Assembly (NCBI GenBank): GCA_043228905.1
Contig: JBHGNT010000012.1
Span: 3,100,001 to 3,164,000 of the forward strand
Direction of reading: 5' to 3'
Origin: Azolla caroliniana
Taxonomy: Eukaryota > Plantae > Polypodiophyta
DNA: 64,000 bases
Part shown: positions 43,234 through 61,151 of the stretch, in pieces
How the letters are laid out: each line of letters begins with the position of its first letter
Position numbering within the stretch: the stretch's first letter is position 1
The notes under the pieces: model-generated
The model's database searches: none
Seen by the model: only the letters and a program-made list of their open reading frames with translations
What the model was told of the DNA's origin: nothing
Translations under genes and position numbers: made by a program

Positions 43234-43639
43234 AGAGAGCCAATTGTGGAAGGTGACATGTCATCCATCGTATTCGTGATCTGAATCGGTGTGCAGAGTG
43301 GGGTTGAGTTCGGAGTAATATGTAGATTTGTAGAAGATTTCTAAGGTTTTTTTGCTTGTAAATCAAGTCATGGTGGTGTTTTTCTTTCAGAATGAAAGGC
43401 ATTATTTCCTACAAAGAAGAAGAGAGGGGACTTCTGATGTTTGGCTTATTTACAAAAAATGGGCCTCAGGGGTATCGAAGCAAATAAATAAAGTCTAGAA
43501 AAGAAAACATTCAAAAAAAAGGAACAAAACCTCTTCCGATTCCAATTCTTCTTCTTCTTCTTCTTCTTCTTCTGTTTCTGTTTTCTGTCATATCTGGTTT
43601 TGTTTTGGCTGCAGAAGGAACGACAAGGCAGGGAGCGAC

Positions 43640-47782
<4,143 letters not shown>

Positions 47783-49649
47783 GGCACATTAGGATTACCA
47801 AAATACATATGCAGGTGTTAGTTTAGAGGTTTTATTTATGTTATTGGAGTTTTGTAATGAGGTTCTTCAGATCAAACTTTGTGACTATTATATATTAAAG
47901 CCTTCTTGAATCATGCAAAGAGGTGCTTTGACTGAAACTCTGTGATTATCATATGATACACTCCATGATACATGATGCACGATACATAATGTATAATACA
48001 TGAGAGTTGGTTTAGGAAATTGCAATGCATATTCTCTGCAGCGAAACACAATACAAGATATATGCATGATGCACAATAAATATATCTGCTATCATCAGCT
48101 TAAAATCTGTGCTTACACTATTCTAAGTTTTAAATATTCTAGTTACGACATGTTCATTTAATGTTTAGCCAATGATAATAATTGAAATGTAACTGTATTG
48201 TTTTTCCTCCATTTCTGTTTGGGCATATATGATGACTGTTTCATATCTCATTAAACATACAATAATGTTTTAGCTATTGTTGTGTGCATGAGTGTGCAAT
48301 ATCAAATAGGGCATGAGACCTCTCAAAGTGTGAATCTTCGATAACATTCATCGTGATTTTGCTTTACTATGAACATTTTGTAAAGGGGGGTATATGAATA
48401 ATTATGTTATTCTCATAATGGGTATTGATATATGTTGACATCAATTTAGATTGAGTCATGGCAATCTTCTAGGTAAATTATATACTCCCTTTTGTTTGCC
48501 TTGTATTGTCACACATGATTTATAAACAAATTCGTGTTCGTTTAAATGGGGTTATGTACTATTCTTGATCTATTGACGATGGTACCCAATTGGGTAGAGC
48601 CATTGGCTCTACTTAGTTCTCACACGAAATTTTTAATTGAGGGCTTTTTATCTCTTCTTTTATGTACAATTATGATATTCCCTTGATTTTTGTCTTACAA
48701 TGTGAGCATGAATTGCAATCAATGGAAAAATGATATATTATGGACCATGGTGCTCTTTCTTATATGCTCTAATCAAGGTCTCTAATAAATATTGCTTTGA
48801 ACACTAAGTTACAGAATCAACATGATGTAATTGGTTTTCGCTACAATTTATAAATCTTTGCAAAGTAATACAATTCTCTTTGATGTAAACATTTTCCTTC
48901 ATGTCTTGTAATCATGATTTGCTACTTAGTTAAAGATATTATCATAATTTAGCTAAAATCTTTTTGTAACTATAGCTCCCATTAATCTAAATGATGAGAA
49001 TTTCACCTTATTTTATTCCAATTTGGAAATTCAAGAAACCAACTTCATTAGCCATCATTGGGAGAGTTCTAATGGGGCCTTCTTACCTTATGGAAGACAT
49101 CACAAGGAGAAATAGTTGCACAAAGCAAGTTGTTAAGGTATAAATAACATAATTTAGAAAATTGCTACTATCAAGCTACACATACAATCTATTGACAACA
49201 TGTTTTTTGGTTATAGATCATGCATTGATATTGTGAAATGCAAGGGACACCACAATATAACGCTTGCTTTCAAATCATATGCTCACATTAAGATCCTAGT
49301 CATATTTGATGTTACTTTCAGTATTGTGGGAAGATATTCATTCAAGCATCATGTTCTTTCAGCTAAGAGCAATTAGGTTCAACATAAAGTTTCTATGTTA
49401 TGGAATTTACAATTACAAACAGATTTTGTAACACCAAATTATATTGAGCATGGACTTCACAAGTGGGACATGAGGCAAGAGAAATCACATATTTATTTGA
49501 ACGATTAAATATAGTCATAGACGTGAACAAGCGATGTAAATTGGAGAAAGGATGTGAGCGAGATGACTGAATTGAAAACTTTAAAGGCAAGTAGAAGCAG
49601 AAGGCCAAAGATTCGTTGTTGTTTCTCTCTATTCTCACAATTATGGTCT

Positions 49650-49821
49650 AACTAGTGATTCGATGAAACTTCATGAGACAGGGTGAAGGTAGAAGTGTAA
49701 AGGCTAATACATACGCCAGTCCATGCATGTGGATTTTGGTCCAACTAGTGATTCGACGAAACTTCGTGAGACAGGGTGAAGGTAAGAAGTGTAAAAGGCT
49801 GAGAGATAAGGCAGTCCATGC
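49650..49821. repeat. Direct repeat, period 93 bp
   Basis: aactagtgattcga.gaaacttc.tgagacagggtgaaggta at 49650 and 49743. Confidence 0.85.
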
Positions 49822-50247
49822 ACAAGTTCTGGTGCAGCTAATGGTTCAACCGGGGCCCGAAGGCAGAAGGCTAAAAAAGATTCGGATGTACATTAGTCTG
49901 TTCTCTCGGATTTCGGACACGTTGGTATGAAATCATATGTGTGTGTGTGTTAAGGTGGAGACTGGAAGTGATGACCGATTGGCCTGACTCAAAGCAAAAA
50001 GAATAACATATGAAAGGGAGGAATTTAGTTTGTTTTGGGGGGAGGGGGGGCTAGTTTTGTAATTTCGGATAAATTGGGGACCATTTCTAGAATCCATCCA
50101 CCCCCCCAATTCAATTCTGTATTTCCTCTCTGCGTTTTCACTGTTTCTCCTCGCTAGGGTATCAGACACAGACACTCAACTCAGACTCAGACACAGACAC
50201 AGACGCGCAGAGTTTACTGACCGATTTCTTCTATTGCCGCTGCCGTG

Positions 50248-53200
50248 ATGATGATGATGATGATGCTTGCGCAGAAAGAAGATCAGAAGAAGGAAGAGGA
50301 AGCAGCCTCCTACAGCTTCCTCCATCAAGAATCCCCGTCCCTCGATCGCGCCGGCTTCGTCAGCGCTCCCATCACACATACGCAGTAAGATCCATGGCTT
50401 GAGATCCTAATGTCGCCTCTACACGTCTCTATTGTCTGTTGCACGTATGTATGTTTGTATGTATGTATGTATCTGTTGTATATGGACGTGTCTATATGTT
50501 GTATGTGTGTGTATATCTATGCCTATGCCTTTGCTTATGTCTATGTTGTGTGTGTATGCTAACGTATATGTTGTATGTGTGTGTATGTCTACTTTGTATG
50601 TACATTCTCTATATGACCTGTGACATGTGCGTTGAATTACACGTTAAACACCATAGCTGAAATGCTATTCATATCAAGAAAGAATGTGACTATGCGTATG
50701 TTGTATGGGTAACAAAGAGTAAGATATTTTAAATTCATGCTTCAGGTATCCATATGTCACTGGATCATCTGTTCTAGGAATCAAGTATAAAGATGGCATC
50801 CTTATTGCTGCAGATTGTGGGGGTATGTTGAATCTGCATTTTGTTTAGCTCTGAAATAAATAAATGTAATTTATTTGTGATCTATAAAACATGATTCCAC
50901 TAGCAACTGAAATTAGGATCTGTAGAATGAGTTTTTGAATATGTATTAACATAAAATTCGATTTATTCATGTTGTGCATAAAAATCATTCTTTTGAATGT
51001 TCAAACTTTCCATGGCCAGAATTCAATAACAAAATAGATTTCAAAAGTGTTGATTTATGGTTTTTGTCAACAGTTAAGACACGATTCCCGTAATTATTCT
51101 AAAATCACAAACTCTTGAAAAAGTTCAAGTTTTTGTAGATGTATTTATATAAAACGTTATATGCATGAGATACCTACCTAGTATACATATAAATCAGATT
51201 CAGATTTAAATTCCCAATAGTGTCCAGTTACTTCAAATGGAAATATGCAAGTCTCAATCACAAATTGAAGAGAAAAACACACGGTTCTTCAATATACTAT
51301 AGATCAGATGAGCAAATCCAAGCTTGTTGGCTCCCATGATTTTTTGGAAGTTGGAGATTTTGGTAGTAAATAGGCTGCATGGATAGAGAAGATTAAACAT
51401 AAATTTATCTGTCTACTTTGACCCCAAGTTAAAATTAGCTCCACTGTTGGGGAATAATTGGGTATTGTCTCCACTGTTGTGGTTATGTTTCAATAACTTT
51501 CAGGGAAGCTTTTGATGATTTGTCTTCTTTGCTTTTTTCTCTTTTAAAATTTGTGTATAACTTTATTGAATTAAAACCACCATAGTAGAGGAATCAAAGG
51601 TTTTCCATGCATTTACCATATAAGTAAGGAAGCATGGAAATCATATGCTAAAAATTAGCATGGTTATAGTTGGTAGCTGCATAGCCTGCACGTTTTGGAA
51701 TTAAGGCTCCCGTAATCCATTTTTATTTTTCGGTCAATGCTTCAATCTGTTTATTCTTGTAGTCTAAGACAGGAAGTTAAACCACTTCATTTACTTCACT
51801 TGTAAGCACCAGGGGCAATGGAATATCAGCCTTGTAAAGAAATAGAAACTAACTTCCACCAGGGGCATCCATCCAATACGATTCTTTTTGATGCAGTAGG
51901 AATTGAAACTACTGAACATCTGACAAAATCTTAATGAGTGTTCTGCAATCGCCACGCAACATGTGACTGTGACAAACTGAGACAAAAAGAAGCCTGCATG
52001 GATTATAAATTATTATATGTTATATCATATGTGATACCTTACAACAATATCTATCATATATGTACACACACACACACACACACACTATGGAACGTATCAT
52101 ATTTTATGTGGATATTGGACACATCACACTGGGTGAGAAAATAGGTCACAGTCTAGTGTGTGACTAATAGCTCCAATATTCTTCACACATAATATTAGAG
52201 ATCATAATTTTTTGCAATGCATTACTTTTGACCATAATAACTAGCAATGACGATTAGTGAAGTGCATGTGAATCTGAAAAGCAGAAAACAAGAAGACAAA
52301 ACACAATGTAAATGCAGAAACGGCAAAAACAGGTGTGGTTATGTGGAAAAAGGAAAAACCGTTGGATTGGGCATGGTAATCTGAAGTGCATTGCTATGTG
52401 TGAGGAATTCCATGCCCCACAGATATATGAAGCATGTGTAAAGCTCCAGTCTGCCCATAGTATTGTCTGAATGTTGGTAATTGTGATGATCTGTTCACCA
52501 AGCTGATCATGTTGGAGCAAGAATTGAAGCTGTTGCAGCTGATTGGAAGGATTGTCATTTGATGATCACGTTCTTTCTCATGCCTGGTATACCATGTTTG
52601 ATATATTTCAGAGTATTCTCCTGGTGTCAGCCTTATATAGGTTTCTTATGAGCTAATATACAACTCATTCCTGATTGACCATTGCCTTCCTTCGGAAGGC
52701 AGACTTTCTCTAAACTCTATGGTTGTAACAATCACCTTTGTCTGGCATTGTTCGTTACATAGGCACTCTGATTAGAATTGTGAATCTTCTTTGTGCAATA
52801 CAGTACTGTTAGCATTTTGTCTGTCTATCATTTCATGAGACACCCAACACTTATGAGGATGCCCATGGCATTTTTCTTATTCAGATTTGAGTAGTGCACA
52901 TATAAATTTTCTTATTATCTTTTGTTCTCAAAAACTCTAGGGTCTTACGGTTCAACTATACGATACAAAAGCGTTGATAGATTGAAGGCAGTTGGAAAAA
53001 ATTCTGTCATAGGAGGCAGTGGAGAAATCAGCGATTTTCAGCAAATCACACGTTACCTTGATGAACTGACGTATGTTACAATCCTCTCTATCCTACCATT
53101 GTGTTATCATTAAGCATAGAGTGGTTTGTTTGCATGTTGATTTTGTTGACAGTGAAAATATTTTTTCTGTTACAATATAATGCCAGGTTGAATGATAAAA

Positions 53201-53837
53201 TGTGGGATGATGGGAACACACTTGGCCCAAAGGAAATCCATAAATATCTGAGTCGTGTCATGTACAATCGCCGGAATAAGTTTGATCCCCTCTGGAATAC
53301 TCTGATTCTTGGTGGTGTTAAGAAGGGTGTAAAGTATTTAGGCTTGGTATATATTCAACCCATCCAATGTGAATGCTTATTATGAGTTAAAAGCTTAATT
53401 TAAGAGGCGTTTTTGCTTCTTATCCTTGTTTTGATTTTTGTGCTGTTTATCACATCAGGTCTCCATGATTGGTGTACATTTTGAAGAGAATCATGTGGCG
53501 TCAGGGTTTGGTAACAATCTGGCACAACCTATATTCAGGGATGAGTGGAAAGCAGATCTAACAAAAGAGGAAGGAGTGCTTTTGCTGGAAAAATGTCTCC
53601 GAGTGCTGCTATATCGAGATCGCTCAGCTGTTAATAAAGTCCAGGTTTGCTGAAGAATAGCTTGTTTTTCATCCATCCGTCTATGAAGCTCTTGCAGTAA
53701 CCTACAATAATTTTCTTGAACAGGTAGCAGATATTACAGAGGGTGGGATCAATATCTCAAAGCCATATGCATTGACTACTCATTGGGATTACAAAGCCTT
53801 TCAGAACCCTACACAGGGAGCTGAAGGATCCTGGTGA
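50248..53837 (+). CDS. PBG1: 20S proteasome subunit beta-7 (PSMB4/Pre4 orthologue)
   Basis: Exons 50248-50384, 50746-50822, 52941-53070, 53187-53346, 53459-53644, 53724-53837. THTQYPYVTGSSVLGIKYKDGILIAAD..GSYGST, MYNRRNKFDPLWN, LLYRDRSAVNK, NPTQGAEGSW*. Confidence 0.96.
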
Positions 53838-56779
53838 TGAACAGATATATTTTATTGCTAGGTTATAAATGTTTGAGCCACATTTAATGCAACTGTTCAT
53901 ATATCTTCATGCAGTGCAGCTATTGCATGGTTTTTTACTACATCTAATGATGTAACAGATGTACTGTGTTGAAAATTGGATGATATTTTCTCAAACTTGT
54001 TTTAAAATTTATAGGACAGTCTATGAAGGTTAGTCTCATCCATACATGCATCACAGTATACTTTATTTTTGTTTGATTGTTTATTTCACTTGATAATGTA
54101 TATCTATGATGCATGGGTTAACCAAATTTTTACGAGGGGTTCAAAACTTTGGATCCAATATTTGGCAACGTGTTTATAGACTAGGAAAAGAGGCAGATTC
54201 CGAGGTCCATTTGTTCTAACAGCACTGTTTCTGTTACGACCTGTGTGCACCATTTCTCTTATGAACTGTGTGCTAATCATTGCTATCTCTTATGAGCTGT
54301 ATGTAAATTTATTTAGAACATTCAAAGGAACGATAGTAATGACGAAAATGGGAGGTAGTGATTAGAAGTGAATCAGATATTTAAAAGTGCAAGAGAATCA
54401 ATTGGTGGATGGGATGCCATTTTATGAAAATAATGAAGCATTCGTGGCTGTGATGCCATGAGAGGAGCTTGAATAATGTATATGAAAGCATAAATGGCTG
54501 TCATATCCTCAACTAGCAATCCATGCAGAGGGTCATTGTTGGGGTTGAGAAAATGGGAGTCTTTCCAATGCTTTTATGACAAGAAGATTGGTTCAGGATT
54601 GTGTGGGGAAGACTCATAAATGAAAGAGGGAAGAGTCAAAGTTGATGTTCTTGAAAGGTTTCAATGTTTTATCTAGAAATGGTGCTACCAAAGATTTCTT
54701 TTGTTAGCTATGCTGGTAAAGATGATGTGTAATATGTGGCTTTATTGCCTGAAATTGTGAGTTCAAGTCTGGACTCTGAAGCAATGTTTTTAATGTTACT
54801 TACATTGTCAAACTTTGGTGTTTGAAGATTCAGATTGGTCCTCTTACAAATGGGATATAAAATTTTCATTTTATGATTTGTTAAAAATTTACTGTGCTGC
54901 CTAGTAATGATAAACAAGTACATGTACAATTGGAAATGACATGCACTATAACATTGACATTTGTAGGGTGTATCTGATTTCATTGACTTATAATTATTGT
55001 GCATTTGTCTAACTCATGGAGGGAATTTTACAACGTAAAAATATTAGGAAGATCTTATAATTATGTAGAGACATTGTGATTGTGTAGCTCAGTTGGCCAC
55101 CATATACATAATTTGTAATGGACCCTTGGCCATATAGTTCTATTTGCATTATCTTGGTAGGTTGGTTGGCCACCATATTTATTTATGAGTCTCTCTCTAT
55201 ATAATTCATACATTATTATCTACAAAAAAGAAAGAAGAGAATAATGAGGTTAGTTTTTCAATGTCCCCTATACCCAAAAATAGTGATGCTTGTGTTGTGG
55301 GATGTAGCCACACATGGTTTCTGCAGTTGATTAAGATCACTATTATGCTTTAATAGAGAGTACACATATGTACCTAAGAGGCGGGGTTGTGTTCGCAAGT
55401 AGAAAACAATATTTTGCTTTGATTTCATTTTGTAATTTTGTTCCTAACCTAGCTTGGAAGGTATGTTTTCGTCTTGTTCCACATACTTTTGACCTATAAT
55501 CAGATCGCATAGTTTGATGGATCTCCTTTGTTTCAAGCAAGATGTGGTTACCCTAACCCCAAGGTGGCATCATAGAAACATCCTTCCTACCTTCTTGATA
55601 TTGTTCCATCTCGACGGAAGTATACTTCCTCTCCATAACTCTATCCCTATCAATACAAGACTTGTAATACGAAGGTAAGCATGACACAATATTACTATGT
55701 AGACATTCAAAACTTTATTTTTAGGTTTGAAAAGGCATGCCCAATAGAAGAATATTCTTGAAAGAAGAAAATATAATTCTTATTGTAGTGCAATTGTCCT
55801 TGCCTAAGTTTTCTCCTAAAACCCAAGCACACAAATCAACAAACACATAAACAAATAATCTATCCATCATGGTTGGTATAGCCCCTTATGGCTAAACTCC
55901 ATTGTAGTAAACATATATGTAGTTTAATCTATGAAAAACCTACACTTGAAAATTCCTTTGTCTCCAACCTATTACATAACAAACACATGCAACACCATAG
56001 TCTACATAAAAACCTAGATGTACAACAACTTTAATTCATTTCAAAAGGAAATAAAATTGAAGGCCCCAAAAGTGTATGTTCTATTGTCATCACAATGGTC
56101 AACAAACAAAGATAAAATAAGATAAAGCGTTTTTAGAGTTTCTTTGTTTTAGGAAATGTTCATATGCATATAACAATGTATTTGAGAGTAGCCCAACATA
56201 TGTATAAATCATGTAACTCAAACGTTAGATATTCAATGGAGTACAAGATATCAAGCTCATCATTCATCCCATGGGAATTAAAAATATTCTCCATGACATA
56301 AGTTGCGTCGCTACACATTTTGTGTCTCAAAGAAGAAAAGGTGTGCTTATTATTGTGGACCACTAACATATGCCGAAATTATAGAACAACTCAATGACCA
56401 AATATAGATGCAAATATGGCACATGCCTATGATCTCACAAACAATTAAACCACATCTGTAGATAAGAAGGTATGGATGATCAACATTTCCGATGTCGTAA
56501 AGAAAAGAAGAGGAAAAAAATGACATTCCCTAACAATAAATTATCCACAAAAAAACACTTATTTCCCCCCTAGGAAATGGGAGGAAATGATGGTCAAGTT
56601 CCTAAGGAAGATGAAATGATGGTCATTTGTATATTACCTAATTTCTAAGGTCAATGCATGGATCAATAGTAAGACTCTTTCAGGATGATAAAAAAATGTA
56701 TTTGAGCAAACAAAACATAGATACCCTTTTATGGCTTGCTTTGCTTAGGAGATTTTCTCCTTCTCATCGAATATAAGGA

Positions 56780-58100
56780 TCATTGATCATATACCATACC
56801 TTTTATGCCTAGCATTTCCTTAAACATGTTACAAGTGTTTCGACATTCACCTTGTTTACAAAAGAACTGAAATAATCGCGCCATAATCGGTTGAAAACAC
56901 TTCTTTTCCATTTCCAAGAAGTGGTTCCAAGCTTCATCAATCTTTTCTTGCACACATCAACCATGAATCATTGTTGCATATATATACACGTTCGTCAAAC
57001 ACAAGGATACCGAGAATATGTTTTTCTCAAATGCATATGTATAATGTCACTGCAGCATCACCACATCTAAAGGAACTTTCGAGGAGATCATTGCAAACTG
57101 ATGTATTCTCCACACACGATTTCTCAGATCTTGCTTGAAACGAAACACACTTTTGATCTGTATAAGTCTTTGTACAGAGGCCTTATGCAATTATACATCT
57201 TGTAATTCCGTTCGCATACCATCCATCTCTCCTCATCACATCAAACACATCAAGATTTTCTGATACTTTTCCTTGATTTAGTAAACTACTCATAATGGAA
57301 CGATATGTCATTTGACGTGGTTGGAAAACATACTTCCGCATATGAACACGTATTTCGGATGCTTCGATGGATCAATTTGCTTTTGCATAGGAAACATTCA
57401 TATATTGAAATAGTGTAGTTGCATGCAATAATTAGGGTTCAGGGTAATCATGGGTTTCAGCAATTTGTGCACCTTTTCGACATCGCCTGAATTGCAAATA
57501 GTTAGCCAATCTTTCTTCAACATTGTGATTCTCTATCTCTTGGGAAGGTGGATGGATCACCTTTATGTTATATTACTTGATAAGAAGAAACCTTGTATTT
57601 GCCATAACTAGCCACTGCTACTTGTGCAAAGAAGCATGCCCTGCATGCCCTCTTAATCTGCAGTTTTCTTCATGAAAACCTTGAGGTTTCTATCCAAATA
57701 ACTGGGTGAAACAGCAAAAGGACTGCATTTTCGTCCTTTACTGTCACACTCTGGAACAGAGGACCAGCCTTCTTTCAATCTACCACAACAGAGTAAACAG
57801 AGCATGAGTTTGAACAAAAAAAAGGTTCCCACTTGATTCTTGCTCAATTCTGTCTATGAAAATCAGTTTCACACTTTACAAAAGAAAGGATGGAAATTTG
57901 AGCTCATATTGCCCATATGGAAATGCCTCCCAATTTAACCTCCCATGTCTTTTTTTATGTCTGGAGCCTCGATCTGAGACACACAACTTGGGCATCCAAC
58001 TGTTGGGTATATTCATACAAGATTGTGGGAAAAAACAATCAGTTATAGATCACACTTAACAGAGAAGGTGGTTGTACATGCAAGTACTTTCATATGAAAT
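56780..58100 (-). pseudogene. Pentatricopeptide-repeat (P-class-like) pseudogene
   Basis: Minus-strand translation across stops gives QPRQMTYRSIMSSLLNQGKVSENLDVFDVMRRDGW / ANGITRCIIA*GLCTK / ENTSVCNDLLESSFRCGD / IYATMIHG*CVQEKIDEAWNHFLEMEKKCFQP / FCKQGECRNTCNMFKEM, which are ~35-aa PPR helical repeats. The 5' boundary is uncertain. Confidence 0.8.
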
Positions 58101-59246
58101 GTAGTGCAATCACCATCTCCAATTCGGGGCATTCGAGAAGGCAACAACTTCCATAACAATCTGTTAGTTATCATTGACTATGTATAGACCATTTGCCATC
58201 CATCCTTGAGCCTTACAATTGGAGATGTATGCAAGTTCATAATATCCAATAATGATTGGTCGTGTTTACCGCATTGGGGGAGCAAAATTGTAGGTTAAAC
58301 GACCAACATGTCATGTTTGTGTACCTAATGGATTGTTTCTCCCTTTGTTCTTTGTCGACCTTTCTATATTGTATGTTTGGAAAGGGATCTATTGATGCCA
58401 ACAAGAGAGACACGTGCTCAAGATAGTAATGTTTATCGTACTTACATCATTTTATCAATGGTAACAAAGTTTAATGTATTTAAAGAGGCTATTTTACTCG
58501 TCAATCTTTTTATTATTATGTTATGATTATAGATGCTATAGAGAAGCTTGAACTAATAAGTAGAATATGGGGTTTTTTACTCACATGAAAATATTGTTTC
58601 ATTGGTTTATACTATGTTTGCATAAAGTTTGGAAGAGATTAATGAAGGAGCTAGTGTATTAAGAATAAATTAATGAGTAGGTAATGCAAGATATGCATAT
58701 TAACAAGAGATTCGTGAAGAGATAAAGGAAAAATCAATTGGTTAAGAAGAGACTTGTTGTTAAGGATCTAGAATATTGAATCTGAAAGAGGTTATGGTCA
58801 TAATGTCTGGTTAATAAGCATTGGTGAATTGACTGATTCAAAACAATGTGATTACAATGATTTCAAGTTCTTGCAAAATCATTGTTTATCTTATGAGTTC
58901 ACCATACAATGGAACATTCAACGTGTTGGTGTAAGGAGGATAGCATGGCATACATTTTGCACATGAAGCATAGAAAATGAGAATTTGTGGAGTAAGCCAC
59001 ATCGCCTCCCATAAAAAATAGTCCGTTCACATAGTCAGTTCAAAATTGTTCCCTACATATTTTCCCACCTTGATGTCTTCTTCATATAACATTTACTTAT
59101 GTTTGTCGTTTTCCCCTTCTTAGTTATCCATCCATCTCCCCTCAATTATTGTGTCATAGATGACACTTTATAGTTGGTAAAATGTTGCTCATGTCATTAT
59201 GGTGGTTGTTAAATGTAAGTGTTCGTATGAAACTATGTAATTGTTG

Positions 59247-59660
59247 AATCATAAAATTATTAACTCCAATATATCCTAGAGCAGTGTACACATGGGGTGC
59301 AGTATTATGGGTGGTGGTACATGATAAACCGATGGTATATGAACAGGAGGAGGTTGCAGATGCTATTATGATGAGACATGGTTTGATGGAATTTTTTTTG
59401 ACCCCTCTTAATCCACAAATACAAACCGATAAACCTCAAATATGGCAATTGGTAAGTAGTATTACAATTTAGTATATTTGGAAGGCTCGATGTTTGAAGG
59501 TATATTTGGTATAAGGTGAAGTGGTTCTACTCAACACCAAAGTGTTTATTTAAGACGATGGTTAGAATTTAGAAAAACATAGGGGATCGGTGGTATATCT
59601 TGTATGTTTAGCCATATGGCGTTTTCTAATACTAATGTAGTATCTTTTTTTTGGAAAAAA
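59247..59660 (+). mobile_element. 5'-truncated L1-like LINE with 17-bp TSD and A-tail
   Basis: TSD aaactatgtaattgttg at 59230-59246 and 59661-59677. Encodes QIWQLVSSITI*YIWKARCLKVY (L1 ORF2 C-terminal W..W..R motif). Ends ttttttttgg+A-run. Confidence 0.8.
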
Positions 59661-60966
59661 AAACTATGTAATTGTTGTGATAAAAAAAGGAGGTAAAAAA
59701 TGTCAATGAAATTGGATTTTCAAGAATACAACATGTTGACTAAAGTTTATAAGATCGTATATTGATGATGAAACAATTCTTTTAGCTCCAACTTCGATTT
59801 TGTTATTGAACCCAAGAGATGGATGTTAAGTATATTGCCACACATTACTAAAACAATTTAGTGAAGACAATGGTAAAATCATGTTAGAGTCTCTCGGCAT
59901 ACAATCTACGTCAAACTTGTCACATTACCCAACGGCCACACTACATTATAGTAAAATAAAATATCTTTCTTATTAGAGCAAACTCACTATATAAAAGAGT
60001 CAGAAAAGTAAATTTGCTCTTTATGGGATCCATAGGTAGTCAATAATGATCATGAAGTATCATGATCAAGATTAAACGATCTTTCTAGTAAATTCTCTGC
60101 ATTAGCTAATTTAGACTATTTAAACTTGGTATCAATATTGTACAATTAAAACATGCCATTCTTTCTTTTATAGTTAGTTAAATTCTTTCATATTTTGAAT
60201 TTAAATCATTAAGTTTCTCTAGTACATACATTATGTACGAGAAGCTTCTTCTTTTCTATCTTGTTGACTTCAAACCTTTGTTATTATGTTCGCTCTTAGT
60301 AGTGTACACCTAGTTTCAGTTCTCCATATCATTCACTAGGGATGTCATGCCCATTAAAGAATTCCATCAACATTATAGCCCTTCCACACATTGATTGTGA
60401 ACTATGACATATTTCATTTTCCATTAATGTTTTTGTGAATAATTCATGTTATAGGTGTCGAACAACACTTGAACCACTTTTCAAACTAGCCAGCTCTCAA
60501 GTACAAAAATATCAAGCAAAGAACATTTTATAGGTCAAGTCGATACATTATGCATATAAATACATAATATCTTGTTCACAAATCATGCATTTCATGCTCA
60601 CATCCACCAACTTGGGGTCTCCATTGTATTCAATTTATATCAACATCTAGATCATAAAAACAAGAAGAAACAAAGGGATGTTACAATGTATATGTCACAT
60701 GGATTTATTGCAGCAAGTGTAGTTTATGATGGACATGGTTGCTTTTTTTATTATCATAGTGACATCCTTCACCATGATATGAATGAAAAGATGAGTATTT
60801 CGGTTGATTGACGTCACCAATCAGGGACAATTGAATACAGGGAAGTGACAAGAGCCAAGCATAATACTTGGTCAATAGATCACTTTATTATATATACTCA
60901 CATTGTATGCCATGCTCGATCTATTTTGGACACCTTATTGTACAACTTAATAAATTCTTAGTTCTC

Positions 60967-61151
60967 TACCTTGGAAGCACTTTATAGAATAATTTTCAGA
61001 TTAGTTGTCTATTTTCCTCTATTTTGGAGTTCAAAGTTTTGTTTCCTCAACCATCATCTTATAAAGATGAGTTGGGGAAAATTTTGTATGCTGTAGTTTT
61101 TATGACTTTTCTAAAAACTAATGGAAGTATATTTTCTTTTGGAAAAAATAA
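60967..61151 (+). mobile_element. Short 5'-truncated retro-insertion with 18-bp TSD, related to the 59247 element
   Basis: TSD aataaattcttagttctc at 60949-60966 and 61152-61169. Its 3' end ttttctaaaaactaatggaagtatattttcttttggaaaaaa resembles ttttctaatactaatgtagtatcttttttttggaaaaaa. Confidence 0.75.

Noticed and set aside
48582-48617. Adjacent small palindromes (tacccaattgggta; gtagagcc-catt-ggctctac) as a Helitron end or terminator
   Set aside because: No properly spaced CTRR terminus and no other element features.
50432-50660. Cys/Val/Tyr-rich ORFs in PBG1 intron 1
   Set aside because: Translation of (TG/TA)-rich simple repeats.
52482-52543. C/D-box snoRNA-like motifs (GTGATGA...CTGA) in a PBG1 intron
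   Set aside because: No terminal stem and no rRNA-complementary guide that I can recognise.
58100-58140. IGDGDC OTU-protease-like motif on the minus strand
   Set aside because: Only a six-residue match with no supporting motifs, next to the PPR pseudogene.
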